A DNA stretch of 64,000 bases, from the NCBI GenBank assembly GCA_031458695.1, contig JAVKJW010000007.1, positions 31,694 to 95,693 on the forward strand, given 5' to 3'. The DNA comes from Candidatus Thermofontivivens primus. GTDB taxonomy: Bacteria > Sysuimicrobiota > Sysuimicrobiia > Sysuimicrobiales > Thermofontiviventaceae. The notes beneath the pieces were generated by a model. It did no database searches. It was not told the DNA's origin and saw nothing but the letters and a program-made list of their open reading frames with translations. Shown in pieces: positions 26,883-37,238 of the stretch. Positions within the stretch are counted from its first letter, which is position 1. Each line of letters opens with the position of its first letter. Both the position numbers and the translations under genes were made by a program.

Positions 26883-28046
26883 ATGCTGGCCACATCAAAC
26901 CAAGAAGTCGAAGTCCAACTCGTCGAGGTTACAAAACGCTTCGGAGATGTGACAGCGGTAGAATCTGTCTCATTCACGGTACACAAGGGAGAATTCTTCT
27001 CTCTTCTGGGGCCGTCAGGATGCGGAAAGACCACTACTCTCCGACTCATCGGAGGATTTGAGTTTCCCGATACGGGAGAAGTATACTTGAACGGCCGCCC
27101 GATGGGGAGGATTCCTCCAAACCGGCGTGAGACAAATATGGTGTTCCAGCGTCTTGCGCTTTTTCCTCACTACTCTGTGTTCGAGAATGTCGCGTTCGGG
27201 CTACGAATGAAAAGAGTCCCTGAGGCAGAGATACGCCGTCGGGTCACAACTGTATTAGAGATGGTCCAGATGAGCGGTTTCGAAACCCGACGAATTACAG
27301 AGCTCTCGGGTGGCCAACAACAGCGCGTTGCGCTTGCGCGCGCGCTGGTGAATAATCCCCGGGTTCTCCTCCTGGATGAGCCCCTTAGCTCGTTGGACCT
27401 CAAGCTCCGGCTTCAGATGCAAGAGGAATTAAAACGCTTGCAGCGGGATCTCGGAACCACCTTTATCTACGTCACGCACGACCAGGGGGAAGCTCTTGCC
27501 ATGAGTGACCGAATCGGCATCATGAATAACGGCCGGCTCCTCCAGGTTGGCAGTCCTATGGAGATTTACGAGCATCCAAGTACCCCGTTTGTTGCAAGTT
27601 TCATCGGAGACACAAATCTGATTCAAGGATCCGTCGATTTTGTAGATGAAGAGGTGACAGCCATCACCGCTTCGGGATTACACCTCCTGGTCAAGCGTGC
27701 TGGCTGGGAGACCCCAGGGGATCAAGTTTATGTGTGCATACGTCCAGAGAGGATCCTGATGAACAGCGACCGTGAAACCGGCAATGTCCTCCACGGAAAA
27801 ATCCAGGAACGTCTTTTTAAAGGGCACTTCGTGCAGTACCGCATTCACGTGGGGCCTTTCACCCTACAAACCACAATTCCCTATGGAGGCAGTAACCGCA
27901 TCTTCGGAATGGGCGAAGAAGTTACAATCTCTTGGGATCCGCACCAAGCAGTTCTCCTTCAAGCTGATGAAGAGGGGAGGAACTTTGATGGATACTCTCC
28001 AAGTCGCAGGGATGAGCGTGCCGAGAGGACAGCGAGCACTCGGTGA
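26883..28046 (+). CDS. PotA-like ABC ATP-binding protein
   Basis: GPSGCGKTT, LSGGQQQRVALARALVNNP, TOBE domain. Confidence 0.92.
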   Translation: MLATSNQEVEVQLVEVTKRFGDVTAVESVSFTVHKGEFFSLLGPSGCGKTTTLRLIGGFEFPDTGEVYLNGRPMGRIPPNRRETNMVFQRLALFPHYSVFENVAFGLRMKRVPEAEIRRRVTTVLEMVQMSGFETRRITELSGGQQQRVALARALVNNPRVLLLDEPLSSLDLKLRLQMQEELKRLQRDLGTTFIYVTHDQGEALAMSDRIGIMNNGRLLQVGSPMEIYEHPSTPFVASFIGDTNLIQGSVDFVDEEVTAITASGLHLLVKRAGWETPGDQVYVCIRPERILMNSDRETGNVLHGKIQERLFKGHFVQYRIHVGPFTLQTTIPYGGSNRIFGMGEEVTISWDPHQAVLLQADEEGRNFDGYSPSRRDERAERTASTR

Positions 28047-28974
28047 GGTTCTCGCCGGAGAGCTCCCGGATGGAAGTCCCATTAAGATTCCGCTCATCGT
28101 GCTCAATGGCAGGCAGGAGGGACCAGTCCTCTGGCTGGGGGCTGGTCTCCATGGTACAGAAATTCCAGGTATGGAGGTTATCCGGCGAGTCTGCCGAGAG
28201 ATTGTTGACCCACAAAGCCTCCGAGGGTCCATCATTGCCTCACCCCTCCTGAATCCTTTTAGTTTCCACCAACACCATATGCTGACTCCCCAGGATGGCT
28301 ATAATCTGAACCGAGTCTTTCCAGGCGATCCTACTATGCTTCTGAGTCACCGGCTGGCATCCCTCATAACTCGACTGGCCGAATCATGCGACGTTTACAT
28401 CGATTTTCACGCCAATCCTTCACCTGCCCTTCAATTCACGATCATCAAGCACCCAGGGGATGATGATCTCTGGAGGAAGTGCCAGTTGCTTGCGGAAGCT
28501 TTCGGGATCACGACAATCGAAATGAAACAAATGCATGAGCGCCACAGGACAGGGACCTTCACGGATTACGTCCAACTAGACCGTCGTAAACCATGTCTCG
28601 TGGTAGAACTCATCGCATGGAGGCGGTTCGATCCTCTCTCGATCCGCACAGGGATACGAGGAACTCTCAACGTTCTTAAGCACTTAGGGATGATCGATGG
28701 GGAAATTGAACCTCAGGAGGATGTCCCTATCATCCCCGGGAGGCTCTCCAGGATTGAGCTCACTGCTAACCGGGGTGGACTTGTCCATCCTCTACGGCTT
28801 CCAGGAGATCCGGTGCGGAAAGGGGAGACGATAGCGTTGATCCGCAATCCATGGGGCGACGTGGTAGAGGAAGTTCTCGCACCCATCCATGGATGGATCC
28901 TTGCTTGGCCGCTCCTTGGTAACCAAGCTGTCGCCACTGGGGACATTCTTGTGTTCATAGCCTTCCCTCAATGA
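27988..28974 (+). CDS. Succinylglutamate desuccinylase/aspartoacylase (M14-like) deacylase
   Basis: HGTE, NLNRVFPG, IDFH and C-terminal biotinyl-like hairpin; RBS GGAGG before ATG 27988. Confidence 0.85.
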   Translation: MDTLQVAGMSVPRGQRALGEVLAGELPDGSPIKIPLIVLNGRQEGPVLWLGAGLHGTEIPGMEVIRRVCREIVDPQSLRGSIIASPLLNPFSFHQHHMLTPQDGYNLNRVFPGDPTMLLSHRLASLITRLAESCDVYIDFHANPSPALQFTIIKHPGDDDLWRKCQLLAEAFGITTIEMKQMHERHRTGTFTDYVQLDRRKPCLVVELIAWRRFDPLSIRTGIRGTLNVLKHLGMIDGEIEPQEDVPIIPGRLSRIELTANRGGLVHPLRLPGDPVRKGETIALIRNPWGDVVEEVLAPIHGWILAWPLLGNQAVATGDILVFIAFPQ

Positions 28975-29819
28975 GAATCCAAGGTCTTCTCGCAGTTTGG
29001 TTTCTAGCCCCCGCATTGGGAATTATGACGATCTTTTACTTGATCCCCCTGGGTGTTTATCTTCTGAATGGTTTCCATTTGTTTCAGAGCGGGAAAATCG
29101 TCCCAATATGGACTCTCCGTACGTTTGGTTCCTTCTTTCAAGATCCCTTTTCCTACCGCGTGATTGGCACATCCCTCAGCCTCTCCACCGTCGTTACGCT
29201 CCTGGATGTTGCTTTGGGTTACCCAATTGCATACGCGCTACATACGAGGGTCAAGTCTCCCGGTATACGTGCGTTGATCGGGTTGCTGCTCTTCTCTCCC
29301 CTTCTGGTTAGCGTCGTAGTCCGGACTTATGGATGGTTCATCCTCCTTGCCAACCAAGGTCTCATTAACGCGTTACTTAAAAATGCCGGGATTATATCAC
29401 AACCTCTCCCCCTTCTGTTCAATACGTGGGGAGTCATCATCAGTTTGGCCCATATTCTCCTACCGTTTTCTATTTTCCCGATTTACAGCATCATGACACG
29501 CATGGACCCTACCCTCAAAGAGGCGGCGAGAGATCTTGGGGCTAACTGGTGGAAAGCTTTCACCCAAATTACCCTCCCCTTAACTATGCCAGGAGTTATA
29601 ACTGCAATACTCATTTGCTTTACGTTAGCCTTAAGTGCTTTCGTGACTCCACAACTCCTGGGGGGAGGCCGCATTCAAGTCCTCCCATTGACTGTCTATA
29701 ACAACACAGTAGAAATTAATTGGCCGACAGGTGCCGTAGCCGGATTTACACTCCTTCTCCTTTCGATCACGGCTATCTGGATCATTAACGCGATCCTTCG
29801 GCGATTACCTAGCATATGA
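28971..29819 (+). CDS. PotB-like ABC permease
   Basis: GYPIAY, VVRTYGW, EAARDLGA, PQLLGG. Confidence 0.9.
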   Translation: MRIQGLLAVWFLAPALGIMTIFYLIPLGVYLLNGFHLFQSGKIVPIWTLRTFGSFFQDPFSYRVIGTSLSLSTVVTLLDVALGYPIAYALHTRVKSPGIRALIGLLLFSPLLVSVVVRTYGWFILLANQGLINALLKNAGIISQPLPLLFNTWGVIISLAHILLPFSIFPIYSIMTRMDPTLKEAARDLGANWWKAFTQITLPLTMPGVITAILICFTLALSAFVTPQLLGGGRIQVLPLTVYNNTVEINWPTGAVAGFTLLLLSITAIWIINAILRRLPSI

Positions 29820-30688
29820 ATACCATACGACGTGAAAGATACCTGGAGAGCTACGAAGAAAGGAGCGAGATTTTTAGAACCGCGCTCCTCAGAGCAACTC
29901 TTGCATTTGGAACAGGGTTCATCCTTCTTCCTTTGATGATCGTCGCTATCTACTCCTTCAGCGAAGTAGCATATGGGATCTTTCCCCCTCCGGGGTTCTC
30001 GACGAAATGGTACGCTCACCTTTTCGCTCAGGCGACATTCCGAGGAGCGTTTTTCCGGAGTGTGGGCATTGGAATTTCGGCCACGACGATCGCGTTGTTG
30101 GTAGGTTTCCCCACATCCCTCGCACTTGCTCGCACTCGCCTCGCAGCTGGGAATTTTCTCCGGGCCTTCATTCTCTCACCAATCGTGATTCCAAAAATTG
30201 TTCTCGGGGTGGGATGGTTTATTTTCTTTGCTCGGATCAGCCTCATTGGAGGGTGGATTCCGCTCATTCTTGCTCATACGGTCATCGTGCTCCCATTCGT
30301 TGTAGCCATTCTTACTGCTAATCTCTCCGGCCTTGACCCTACGATCGAAGAAGCAGCCCAGGACCTCGGAGCAGGCTTCGTAAAGGTTCTTTGGTACGTT
30401 ATCCTCCCCCAGATCAAATCTGGAGTGATAATCAGTGCTCTCCTGGCTTTCATCGTCTCCTTCGACCAGGTCGAGAGTTCGATTTTCCTCGTTCGTGGTG
30501 AAAACAACACCCTTCCGATTGAGATGTTCCTGTATATGGAAAAATGGCAAGATCCTACGATCGCAGCCCTGTCGACACTCCTCATAGGATTTGCAGCGGT
30601 TATAACATGCGCTACCGTTGCAATCAGCCGTGGGATTGACCTTTCAAATCTTCTCCCGACGTTGGGAGGGAAGAAATCCACCAGGTAA
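29816..30688 (+). CDS. PotC-like ABC permease
   Basis: PPPGFSTKWY, EEAAQDLGA, SFDQ, TLPI. Confidence 0.9.
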   Translation: MNTIRRERYLESYEERSEIFRTALLRATLAFGTGFILLPLMIVAIYSFSEVAYGIFPPPGFSTKWYAHLFAQATFRGAFFRSVGIGISATTIALLVGFPTSLALARTRLAAGNFLRAFILSPIVIPKIVLGVGWFIFFARISLIGGWIPLILAHTVIVLPFVVAILTANLSGLDPTIEEAAQDLGAGFVKVLWYVILPQIKSGVIISALLAFIVSFDQVESSIFLVRGENNTLPIEMFLYMEKWQDPTIAALSTLLIGFAAVITCATVAISRGIDLSNLLPTLGGKKSTR

Positions 30689-30732
30689 CAGAAGGTACGC
30701 ACGATCGAGAATGGCAGATGACACTTGCTAGC

Positions 30733-30762
30733 TTGACAAGGAATAAGCCTAACATATACGAT
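30733..30762 (+). promoter_or_regulatory. Sigma70-type promoter TTGACA-N18-TACGAT
   Basis: TTGACA 30733-38, TACGAT 30757-62, upstream of the peptide-binding protein gene. Confidence 0.5.
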
Positions 30763-30802
30763 TGACATCGGGTATATACTTCCTCTCCAGGAGGTGCCGC
30801 CA

Positions 30803-32386
30803 ATGGCCCGTTGGTTCGTTGTGGTGGTCGTCCTTCTTCTGTTGTCCACCCTGATCCCAGCTTCAGTGATGCATGCTCAACCCAAGCCAGGTGGCGAGCT
30901 CGTATTCGCGGCGACAGAAGAACCCGATACGCTAGATCCACAGAAGACCGGAACCGCGATTACGGGTCTTCTGATGCGCTACCTGGGTGATACCCTAGTC
31001 ACCAAAGACCTCAAAGGGAACTACATCCCGCACCTTGCGAAGTCGTGGACTATCTCCGGCGATGGACTTACGTGGACCTTCCAACTACGAAGCGGGGTAA
31101 AGTTCCATGACGGAACGCCTTTTAATGCACGCGCTGTGAAATTCACCATCGAGCGCGCTCTTGCTCCAGAGACCAAGTCTCCGATCGCGGGAGCGTTGTT
31201 CGGCCCAGTGGCTAGTGTGGAGGCAGTTGGTGATCTGACGGTTGTGATCAAGCTGAAAGAGCCCTTTTCACCTTTCCTGGATAACTTAACCGATCCCCGG
31301 GCTATGATCATCAGCCCTCAAGCTGTACAGAGGCTCGGAGATCAGTTCGGAAGGGCACCTGTGGGGACAGGTCCTTTCAAGTTCCAGGAGTGGCGCAGCG
31401 CAGATCGTATCATATTCGTTCGCAACCCTGATTACCAATGGGCACCTAGTTATGCCCACCAGGGCCCACCGTTCGTCGATCGCATCGTGGTTAGGATTAT
31501 GCCGGAATCTGCGGCGCAGGTCGCGGCGTTCGAGCGTGGTGAACTTTCCGTCTTGCTTGCCGTACCCCCTACCGACGTACGTCGCCTCCAAGCGACGCAG
31601 AAGTATACTTTCTTCTCGTTCCTCCGCAAAGGCGTAGGATTATTTATGGAGTTCAATATAACAAAGGAACCCTTCTCTGATCTGAGAGTTCGCCGTGCTT
31701 TCAACTATGCCGTTGAGAAGAAACTTGTTCTGAACATCGCACTCGAAGGCCTTGGTGAGGTTGCGTACGGCCCGCTTCCACCCTCGATCTGGGGTTACTG
31801 GGACGGAGTCAAAGACTATGCACCTCGTTTCGACCCCGGAGAGGCAAGGCGGTTGCTTGCTGAAGCAGGCTGGCAGAGGGGTCAGAGCGGTTTCCTGGAA
31901 AAAGATGGCAAACCCTTCAAGTTTGTCCTTTACATAGCTCCTATCGACACCTGGCGGCGTTCGGCTCAAGTAGTCCAGGCCCAACTCAAGACATACGGCA
32001 TCCAAATGGAGATCCAAACGTTTGAGTTCGGTACCCTGCTCAGCAAGCTCAGGGCCGGTGAGCATCAGGCCGAGTTCATGGGATATACATACACGTCCCC
32101 AGACATCTTCTACCTCTGGTTCCACTCCTCCAATATTGGGAAGGGCCTCAACTTCAGCCATTTCAAAGACACAAAACTGGATGAGTTGATCGAGGCATCG
32201 CGCAAGGAAATGAACCAAACCCGCCGTCTGCGGATCTACAGGGATATCCAAAAGTACATCATAGACAAAGCGCTTTGGGTACCTCTGTGGATTAACCATT
32301 TCTATATTGCCGTTCAACCCAACGTGAAGGGAGCGAAGATACATCCTGATGGTTTTCTCGCCCTGAACGATGTCTATATCCAGTAG
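30803..32386 (+). CDS. Peptide/nickel ABC substrate-binding protein (family 5)
   Basis: PDTLDP, LAKSW..S.DG.TWTF.LR.GVKFHDGTPFNA, PVGTGPF, VRRAFNYAV. Confidence 0.92.
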   Translation: MARWFVVVVVLLLLSTLIPASVMHAQPKPGGELVFAATEEPDTLDPQKTGTAITGLLMRYLGDTLVTKDLKGNYIPHLAKSWTISGDGLTWTFQLRSGVKFHDGTPFNARAVKFTIERALAPETKSPIAGALFGPVASVEAVGDLTVVIKLKEPFSPFLDNLTDPRAMIISPQAVQRLGDQFGRAPVGTGPFKFQEWRSADRIIFVRNPDYQWAPSYAHQGPPFVDRIVVRIMPESAAQVAAFERGELSVLLAVPPTDVRRLQATQKYTFFSFLRKGVGLFMEFNITKEPFSDLRVRRAFNYAVEKKLVLNIALEGLGEVAYGPLPPSIWGYWDGVKDYAPRFDPGEARRLLAEAGWQRGQSGFLEKDGKPFKFVLYIAPIDTWRRSAQVVQAQLKTYGIQMEIQTFEFGTLLSKLRAGEHQAEFMGYTYTSPDIFYLWFHSSNIGKGLNFSHFKDTKLDELIEASRKEMNQTRRLRIYRDIQKYIIDKALWVPLWINHFYIAVQPNVKGAKIHPDGFLALNDVYIQ

Positions 32387-32398
32387 GCGGTGCTCGGC

Positions 32399-33319
32399 AT
32401 GACTGTCTTTATCATCCGACGGCTAGTCATGCTCGTCCCGACCCTAGCCGGAGTTACCCTTGCTGTGTTCCTCATGCTTCATTTGACGCCCGGTGATCCT
32501 ATCACGCTGATGCTCGGGGAGTTCGCCTCGGCCACGGAGGTCGCTCGCCTACGGAACGAGCTCGGACTGGATCGGCCACTGCTCGTCCAGTACCTGAAGT
32601 ACATGGAGCGGACGTTCCATGGGGATCTCGGTACTTCGATCCGGAGCCAGCGAGCTGTTCTTGACGAAATTGCTGATCGGCTTCCCTGGACTCTCCAGCT
32701 TGCCTTTGCAGCCATGACACTTGCGATCTTCGTTGGCATCCCCATGGGAGTGATCGCCGCGACGACGAGAAACCCCGCGATTGATTCAGTCGTCACGGTG
32801 TTCTCACTACTGGGTCTCTCGATGCCCACGTTTTGGTCCGGTTTGCTGCTCATCCTGCTCTTCTCCCTCACTCTAGGGTGGTTTCCCATCACCGAATCGC
32901 ATGGGCTCCGGGCGCTGGTCCTACCCGCAGTAACCCTCGCTGCGCCTGCCGCTGCGGTTCTTGCCAGGATGACTCGATCCAGCGTGCTGGAGGTGCTGCG
33001 CCAGGAATATATTCGGACAGCGAGGGCAAAGGGACTACTCGAGCGCGTGGTAGTATATAAACATGCGCTGCGGAACGCGATGATCCCCATCCTGACAGTC
33101 GCGGGGCTCCAATTTGGTGGCCTTCTGGCTGGTGCGGTGATTGTGGAATCGGTGTTCGCGCGTCCTGGGCTTGGTCGCCTTACCGTTAATGCTGTCCTGT
33201 CCCGTGATTTCCCTCTTGCCCAAGGTGTCGTCCTGGTAATCGCTGCTATGTATGTCTTCGTTAACTTAGCAGTCGATGTCCTATACGGATTATTGGATCC
33301 ACGCATCCGTTACCACTGA
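32399..33319 (+). CDS. dppB: Dipeptide/oligopeptide ABC permease
   Basis: PGDP, GLDRP...QY, GDLGTS, EYIRTARAKG, HALRNA, LDPRIR. Confidence 0.9.
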   Translation: MTVFIIRRLVMLVPTLAGVTLAVFLMLHLTPGDPITLMLGEFASATEVARLRNELGLDRPLLVQYLKYMERTFHGDLGTSIRSQRAVLDEIADRLPWTLQLAFAAMTLAIFVGIPMGVIAATTRNPAIDSVVTVFSLLGLSMPTFWSGLLLILLFSLTLGWFPITESHGLRALVLPAVTLAAPAAAVLARMTRSSVLEVLRQEYIRTARAKGLLERVVVYKHALRNAMIPILTVAGLQFGGLLAGAVIVESVFARPGLGRLTVNAVLSRDFPLAQGVVLVIAAMYVFVNLAVDVLYGLLDPRIRYH

Positions 33320-34176
33320 TGGCGATAGCTCTCCCTGTACGAAGACAAAATCGCGTATTGCAACGATTAAAACAGCGGCCTGTGGTTCTAGCGGCCTTCG
33401 CGGTGCTTGGACTCTTCGTCATTCTGGCGGTGGCTGGACCTCTGTTCTCACCTTACGATCCGTATACTCTTATCCCTGGGGCGGTAATGCAGCCACCCTC
33501 ATGGGAGTTCCCCTTTGGAACGGATGAACTGGGACGCGATGTCTTCAGCAGGGTGATCCACGGTTCCCGAATTTCCATACGGATCGCTCTCGTCACAGTC
33601 TCGATCCCACTGGTACTGGGAGGTACCGTGGGACTAGTAGCTGGCTTCTATGGAGGTCTCCTGGATGTTGTCCTCATGGCGGTCATGGAGGTTATGCTTG
33701 CGTTCCCGCAGATCCTGCTTGCGATTGCAATCCTGGCCATGCTTGGCCCTAGCCTCGTCAACGCGATGATTGCGGTCGGTCTCTCTGCGGTGCCAGTATA
33801 TGCCAGAACCGCGCGAGGTACCACACTCAGTGTGAAAAGCATGGGCTATGTAGAGGCAGCGAAAGCTCTGGGGGCTGGAGATATCCGGATTCTCCTGAAG
33901 CATATCCTACCCAATATATTCCCCCCCTTGATAGTCCTCGCCACTGCGGGAGTAGGGATCTCCCTACTCATCGCCGCAGGCTTGAGTTACCTAGGCCTAG
34001 GTGCGCAACCTCCGACACCGGAGTGGGGAGCAATGCTCAGTGAAGCGAGAGCCTATCTCCGAAATGCGTGGTGGATGGCAACATTCCCGGGGCTGGCGAT
34101 CACTCTGGTTGTGCTCAGCCTCAACGTGTGTGGGGATTGGCTACGGGACTTCCTAGACCCAAGACTCCGTGTATGA
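33319..34176 (+). CDS. dppC: Dipeptide/oligopeptide ABC permease
   Basis: GTDELGRDVFSR, YVEAAKALGA, HILPN, PPTPEWG. Confidence 0.9.
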   Translation: MAIALPVRRQNRVLQRLKQRPVVLAAFAVLGLFVILAVAGPLFSPYDPYTLIPGAVMQPPSWEFPFGTDELGRDVFSRVIHGSRISIRIALVTVSIPLVLGGTVGLVAGFYGGLLDVVLMAVMEVMLAFPQILLAIAILAMLGPSLVNAMIAVGLSAVPVYARTARGTTLSVKSMGYVEAAKALGAGDIRILLKHILPNIFPPLIVLATAGVGISLLIAAGLSYLGLGAQPPTPEWGAMLSEARAYLRNAWWMATFPGLAITLVVLSLNVCGDWLRDFLDPRLRV

Positions 34177-35021
34177 CCGAGCAAAGGTCTTTGGTATCCA
34201 TGATTCGGCGATTGGCCGCGAGGTTCAGCGGTGAATTGGGAGTGTGGGCACATTGCCTCGATACCGGTGAAAGCGTGGAGTGGAATGCCTACGAGATTTT
34301 CCCTGCGGCCTCAGCAATCAAGCTCGGGATTCTCTATGAGGTTTACCACCAAGTCTTTCAAGGCCTGGTCAGACTTGATGACATGCTCACCGTTCAGGCA
34401 GAGGATCTCGTCCCAGGATCAGGGATCCTGAAGGACCTCACTCCAGGGATGAGGCTTTCCGTCAAGGATCTTGCGACCCTCATGATCGTGGTCAGCGACA
34501 ACACAGCAGCGAACCTCCTCATCGATCTACTCGGACGCGAAGCTATCAATCAGAGCTTCGCGGAGCTCGGTCTCAACAGCACGCGCTTGGAGCACAAGTT
34601 CTTCCGGGCTCCCAAGGAATCTCCGCCGAACCGATCCACCCCGGCTGATCTTGGGAAACTGATGCTTAGGATCGCAACCCATACTGTACTCACCCCGCAA
34701 CTATGCACGGAAATGTTGGATATCCTGGGAAGACAGCATCTGACCGATAACCTGACCCGGTACATCCCCGACTTTGACGGCTTTATCGAGCCAGGACGAG
34801 AACCTGTTGTTCGGGTAGCCTCAAAGAGCGGTGCCATACGAGGCACCAGGAACGAGGTTGGTTTGGTGTCCACAAGGAGCTGCAGTTACGTCATTGCCGT
34901 GATGAGCAAGGGTTGTAAGGATACACGTTTTTACCCCGATAATGAGGCTTCCCGTTTCGTTGCGAAGATCTCTGCGATGTTTTACGAATATTTTCAGACG
35001 AGGGCGATCCAAGGCGGATGA
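34173..35021 (+). CDS. Class A beta-lactamase-like serine hydrolase (cytoplasmic)
   Basis: SxxK (ASAIK), SDN and KSG motifs; no signal peptide. Confidence 0.85.
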   Translation: MTEQRSLVSMIRRLAARFSGELGVWAHCLDTGESVEWNAYEIFPAASAIKLGILYEVYHQVFQGLVRLDDMLTVQAEDLVPGSGILKDLTPGMRLSVKDLATLMIVVSDNTAANLLIDLLGREAINQSFAELGLNSTRLEHKFFRAPKESPPNRSTPADLGKLMLRIATHTVLTPQLCTEMLDILGRQHLTDNLTRYIPDFDGFIEPGREPVVRVASKSGAIRGTRNEVGLVSTRSCSYVIAVMSKGCKDTRFYPDNEASRFVAKISAMFYEYFQTRAIQGG

Positions 35022-35072
35022 TAACAGCTGGGCGATCCCGTCGACAGGAATCTGAACCACAGGAGGCGAGGA

Positions 35073-35912
35073 ATGCGCGTCTATATTTCTGTCGATATGG
35101 AAGGGATTTCTGGCGTTGTCGCAGGGAAGCAAGTTCAGAGTGGTGAGAAGGACTATGAGCGATTCCGACGGCTCATGACCTTGGAGGCGAATGCAGCGGT
35201 TGAAGGTGCGCTGGATGCAGGTGCTTCCGAAGTCGTTGTGAGCGACGGTCATGGCCCGATGACCAATCTCCTAGTAGAAGAGTTGGACCCTGCGGCTCGT
35301 TTAATCAGTGGGAGCAATAGGTTGCTCGGCCAGATGGAGGGAATCGATAGAGGTTTCGATGTCGCCTTCTTCGTGGGGTACCACCAGAGGGAGGGAGGAA
35401 ATGACGGCGTTCTTAATCATACGCTTTTGGGGAAGATCGTATATGAGGTTCGTGTGAATGGAGAACCCGCGGATGAAGCGATGATCAATGCGGGTTTGGC
35501 GGGAGCTTTCGGCGTGCCTATTGGTCTCGTCACGGGCGATCGAGGTGTGTGTGAAGAGGCACAGAAACGTTTTAGGGGTGTGGTTATTGCACCGGTCAAA
35601 GAAGGGCTCGATCGCTTCACGGGAATAACGTTGACCCCGGAGAAAGCACGTGTGCTGATCCGTGAGAAAGCAGTTCAGGCTATTCACGCTACCCGTGCTG
35701 GCTTATTGTCGCCATACCGGGTTGAGGAGCCTGTAACGTTCGAGGTAGATTTCAAGCGGACATCTCCAGCACACATGTGTACCCTGTTTCCGGGAGTCGA
35801 ACGCGTAAGCCCCAGGACAATCCGGATCATCGAACACGACTATGTCCGCGGCTTTAAACTGTTTTGGGGTTGCCTCATTGTCGGTGCGGCGTCTTTTGAA
35901 GGCATTTTGTAG
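35073..35912 (+). CDS. dppA: M55 family D-aminopeptidase
   Basis: YISVDMEG, DGHG, VGYH, LNHT, VTGD, VKE motifs of B. subtilis DppA-type peptidase. Confidence 0.92.
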   Translation: MRVYISVDMEGISGVVAGKQVQSGEKDYERFRRLMTLEANAAVEGALDAGASEVVVSDGHGPMTNLLVEELDPAARLISGSNRLLGQMEGIDRGFDVAFFVGYHQREGGNDGVLNHTLLGKIVYEVRVNGEPADEAMINAGLAGAFGVPIGLVTGDRGVCEEAQKRFRGVVIAPVKEGLDRFTGITLTPEKARVLIREKAVQAIHATRAGLLSPYRVEEPVTFEVDFKRTSPAHMCTLFPGVERVSPRTIRIIEHDYVRGFKLFWGCLIVGAASFEGIL

Positions 35913-36044
35913 CGGTTCAACAGGACTTCTGCAGCGACCATAAGTTCATCTCTTAGAGCTGTAGCGATGGAAGACATAGGTGACGGAGATCCTCCATTGA
36001 TCGCTTTCGAGCTGCAGGCAGCTTTTCCCCTCACCCGCCGTTTT

Positions 36045-36340
36045 TCATAGATCATCGCTCGTCCTGAGCACAGCAAAGGATGTAGCCCAAACCTCCCGCC
36101 CGTTTTTGGCCATGACGAGGCGGACAGTCCTGAGGCGCGGGAGGGGCACGATGCCTACCCAGGCCCAGGTGCGGCTCGCGATACGGCGGGGGAGCCATCT
36201 AGCCAATACGCCTACTGGCTGGGCGTGCCCCCTATAGGAGACCAGGACACAGCTCTTCTCCACCACATCGTCCAGGCACAGATAGCCAAGCTTCCCCAGG
36301 CGCTCCATGACCTGGACAAGGCTTGGCAGAACTTCTCTAA
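36045..36340 (-). pseudogene. Probable IS701-like transposase fragment
   Basis: LGYLCLDDVVEK (first-D motif) and LRTVRLVMAKN resemble DDE_5 transposase segments; no intact ORF. Confidence 0.4.
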
Positions 36341-36503
36341 GGGAGCGGCTTCTTCATCCTCGAAGATTGGTGGCACGAGTGCCGCAGAGGAGCTTCATAA
36401 TCTTTCCATCTCACCTTCAAACGTTCTTCATGCACTTCGGGTACTGTTTGGGCGTGGAGGGTTCAAACTCCGAGACAAAAATCTTCGAGAGGAGCGTGAG
36501 GTC

Positions 36504-37238
36504 ATGAGCAAAAAGGTTGCATGGATCTTAGCCATCGCCGGTGTGCTGGCCATCGCCATTCCCGTGCTGGCACAGCCCTACTGGTTCGGACCCGGTATGA
36601 TGGGGGGATATGGACCAGGAAGCCGTCCTGGTTACGGGTATGGGCCGGCGGTCCCTCCGACCGCCCAGCCTATCAGCATGGACCGTGCCATAGGGATCGC
36701 GAGATCGGCTGTCATCGCATACGGCAATCCGGACCTGGTACTCGATGAGATTATGGAGTTCACCCGCAACTTCTACGTTGTCGTCAAGGAGAAGAGCACC
36801 GGCATTGGGGCGTTTGAGCTTCTCGTCGACCGCTTCACTGGCGCAGTCTATCCTGAACCCGGTCCCAACATGATGTGGAATACCAAGTACGGCCACATGG
36901 GTGCATGGCACGGTGGATACGGCATGATGGGCGGATACGGCATGATGGGTGGATACGGCTGGGGGCCCCGGTGGGGCTACCAGGCTCCCGCGCAGACGAC
37001 ACCCCAAACAGCTTTGCCCGTGACCAAGGAGCAGGCCATGCAGATCGCCAATCGCTACCTTGCAACAGTCATGCCCGGGGCCAAGGCTGAGGACGTCCAT
37101 ACATTCTACGGCTACTACACCGTCCACGTTGCCCGCGGGGGCAAGATCGTGGGGATGCTGAGTGTCAACGGCTACACCGGTCAGGTTTGGTACCACAACT
37201 GGCACGGAGACTTCATCCGGGAGAAGGAACTCTCATGA
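36504..37238 (+). CDS. Secreted Gly/Met/His-rich protein with PepSY-like segments
   Basis: Signal peptide; GMMGGYG repeats; EPGPNMMWNTKYGHM; FYGYYT.H...GMLSVNGYTGQVWYHNWHG. Confidence 0.75.
   Translation: MSKKVAWILAIAGVLAIAIPVLAQPYWFGPGMMGGYGPGSRPGYGYGPAVPPTAQPISMDRAIGIARSAVIAYGNPDLVLDEIMEFTRNFYVVVKEKSTGIGAFELLVDRFTGAVYPEPGPNMMWNTKYGHMGAWHGGYGMMGGYGMMGGYGWGPRWGYQAPAQTTPQTALPVTKEQAMQIANRYLATVMPGAKAEDVHTFYGYYTVHVARGGKIVGMLSVNGYTGQVWYHNWHGDFIREKELS
36913..36959 (+). repeat. 18-bp in-frame tandem repeat (GGYGMM) about 2.7 copies
   Basis: ggtggatacggcatgatg ggcggatacggcatgatg ggtggatacgg. Confidence 0.85.

Noticed and set aside
34173..35021. Beta-lactam resistance gene
   Set aside because: No signal peptide and embedded in a peptide-uptake/D-aminopeptidase operon; a peptidase role is more plausible
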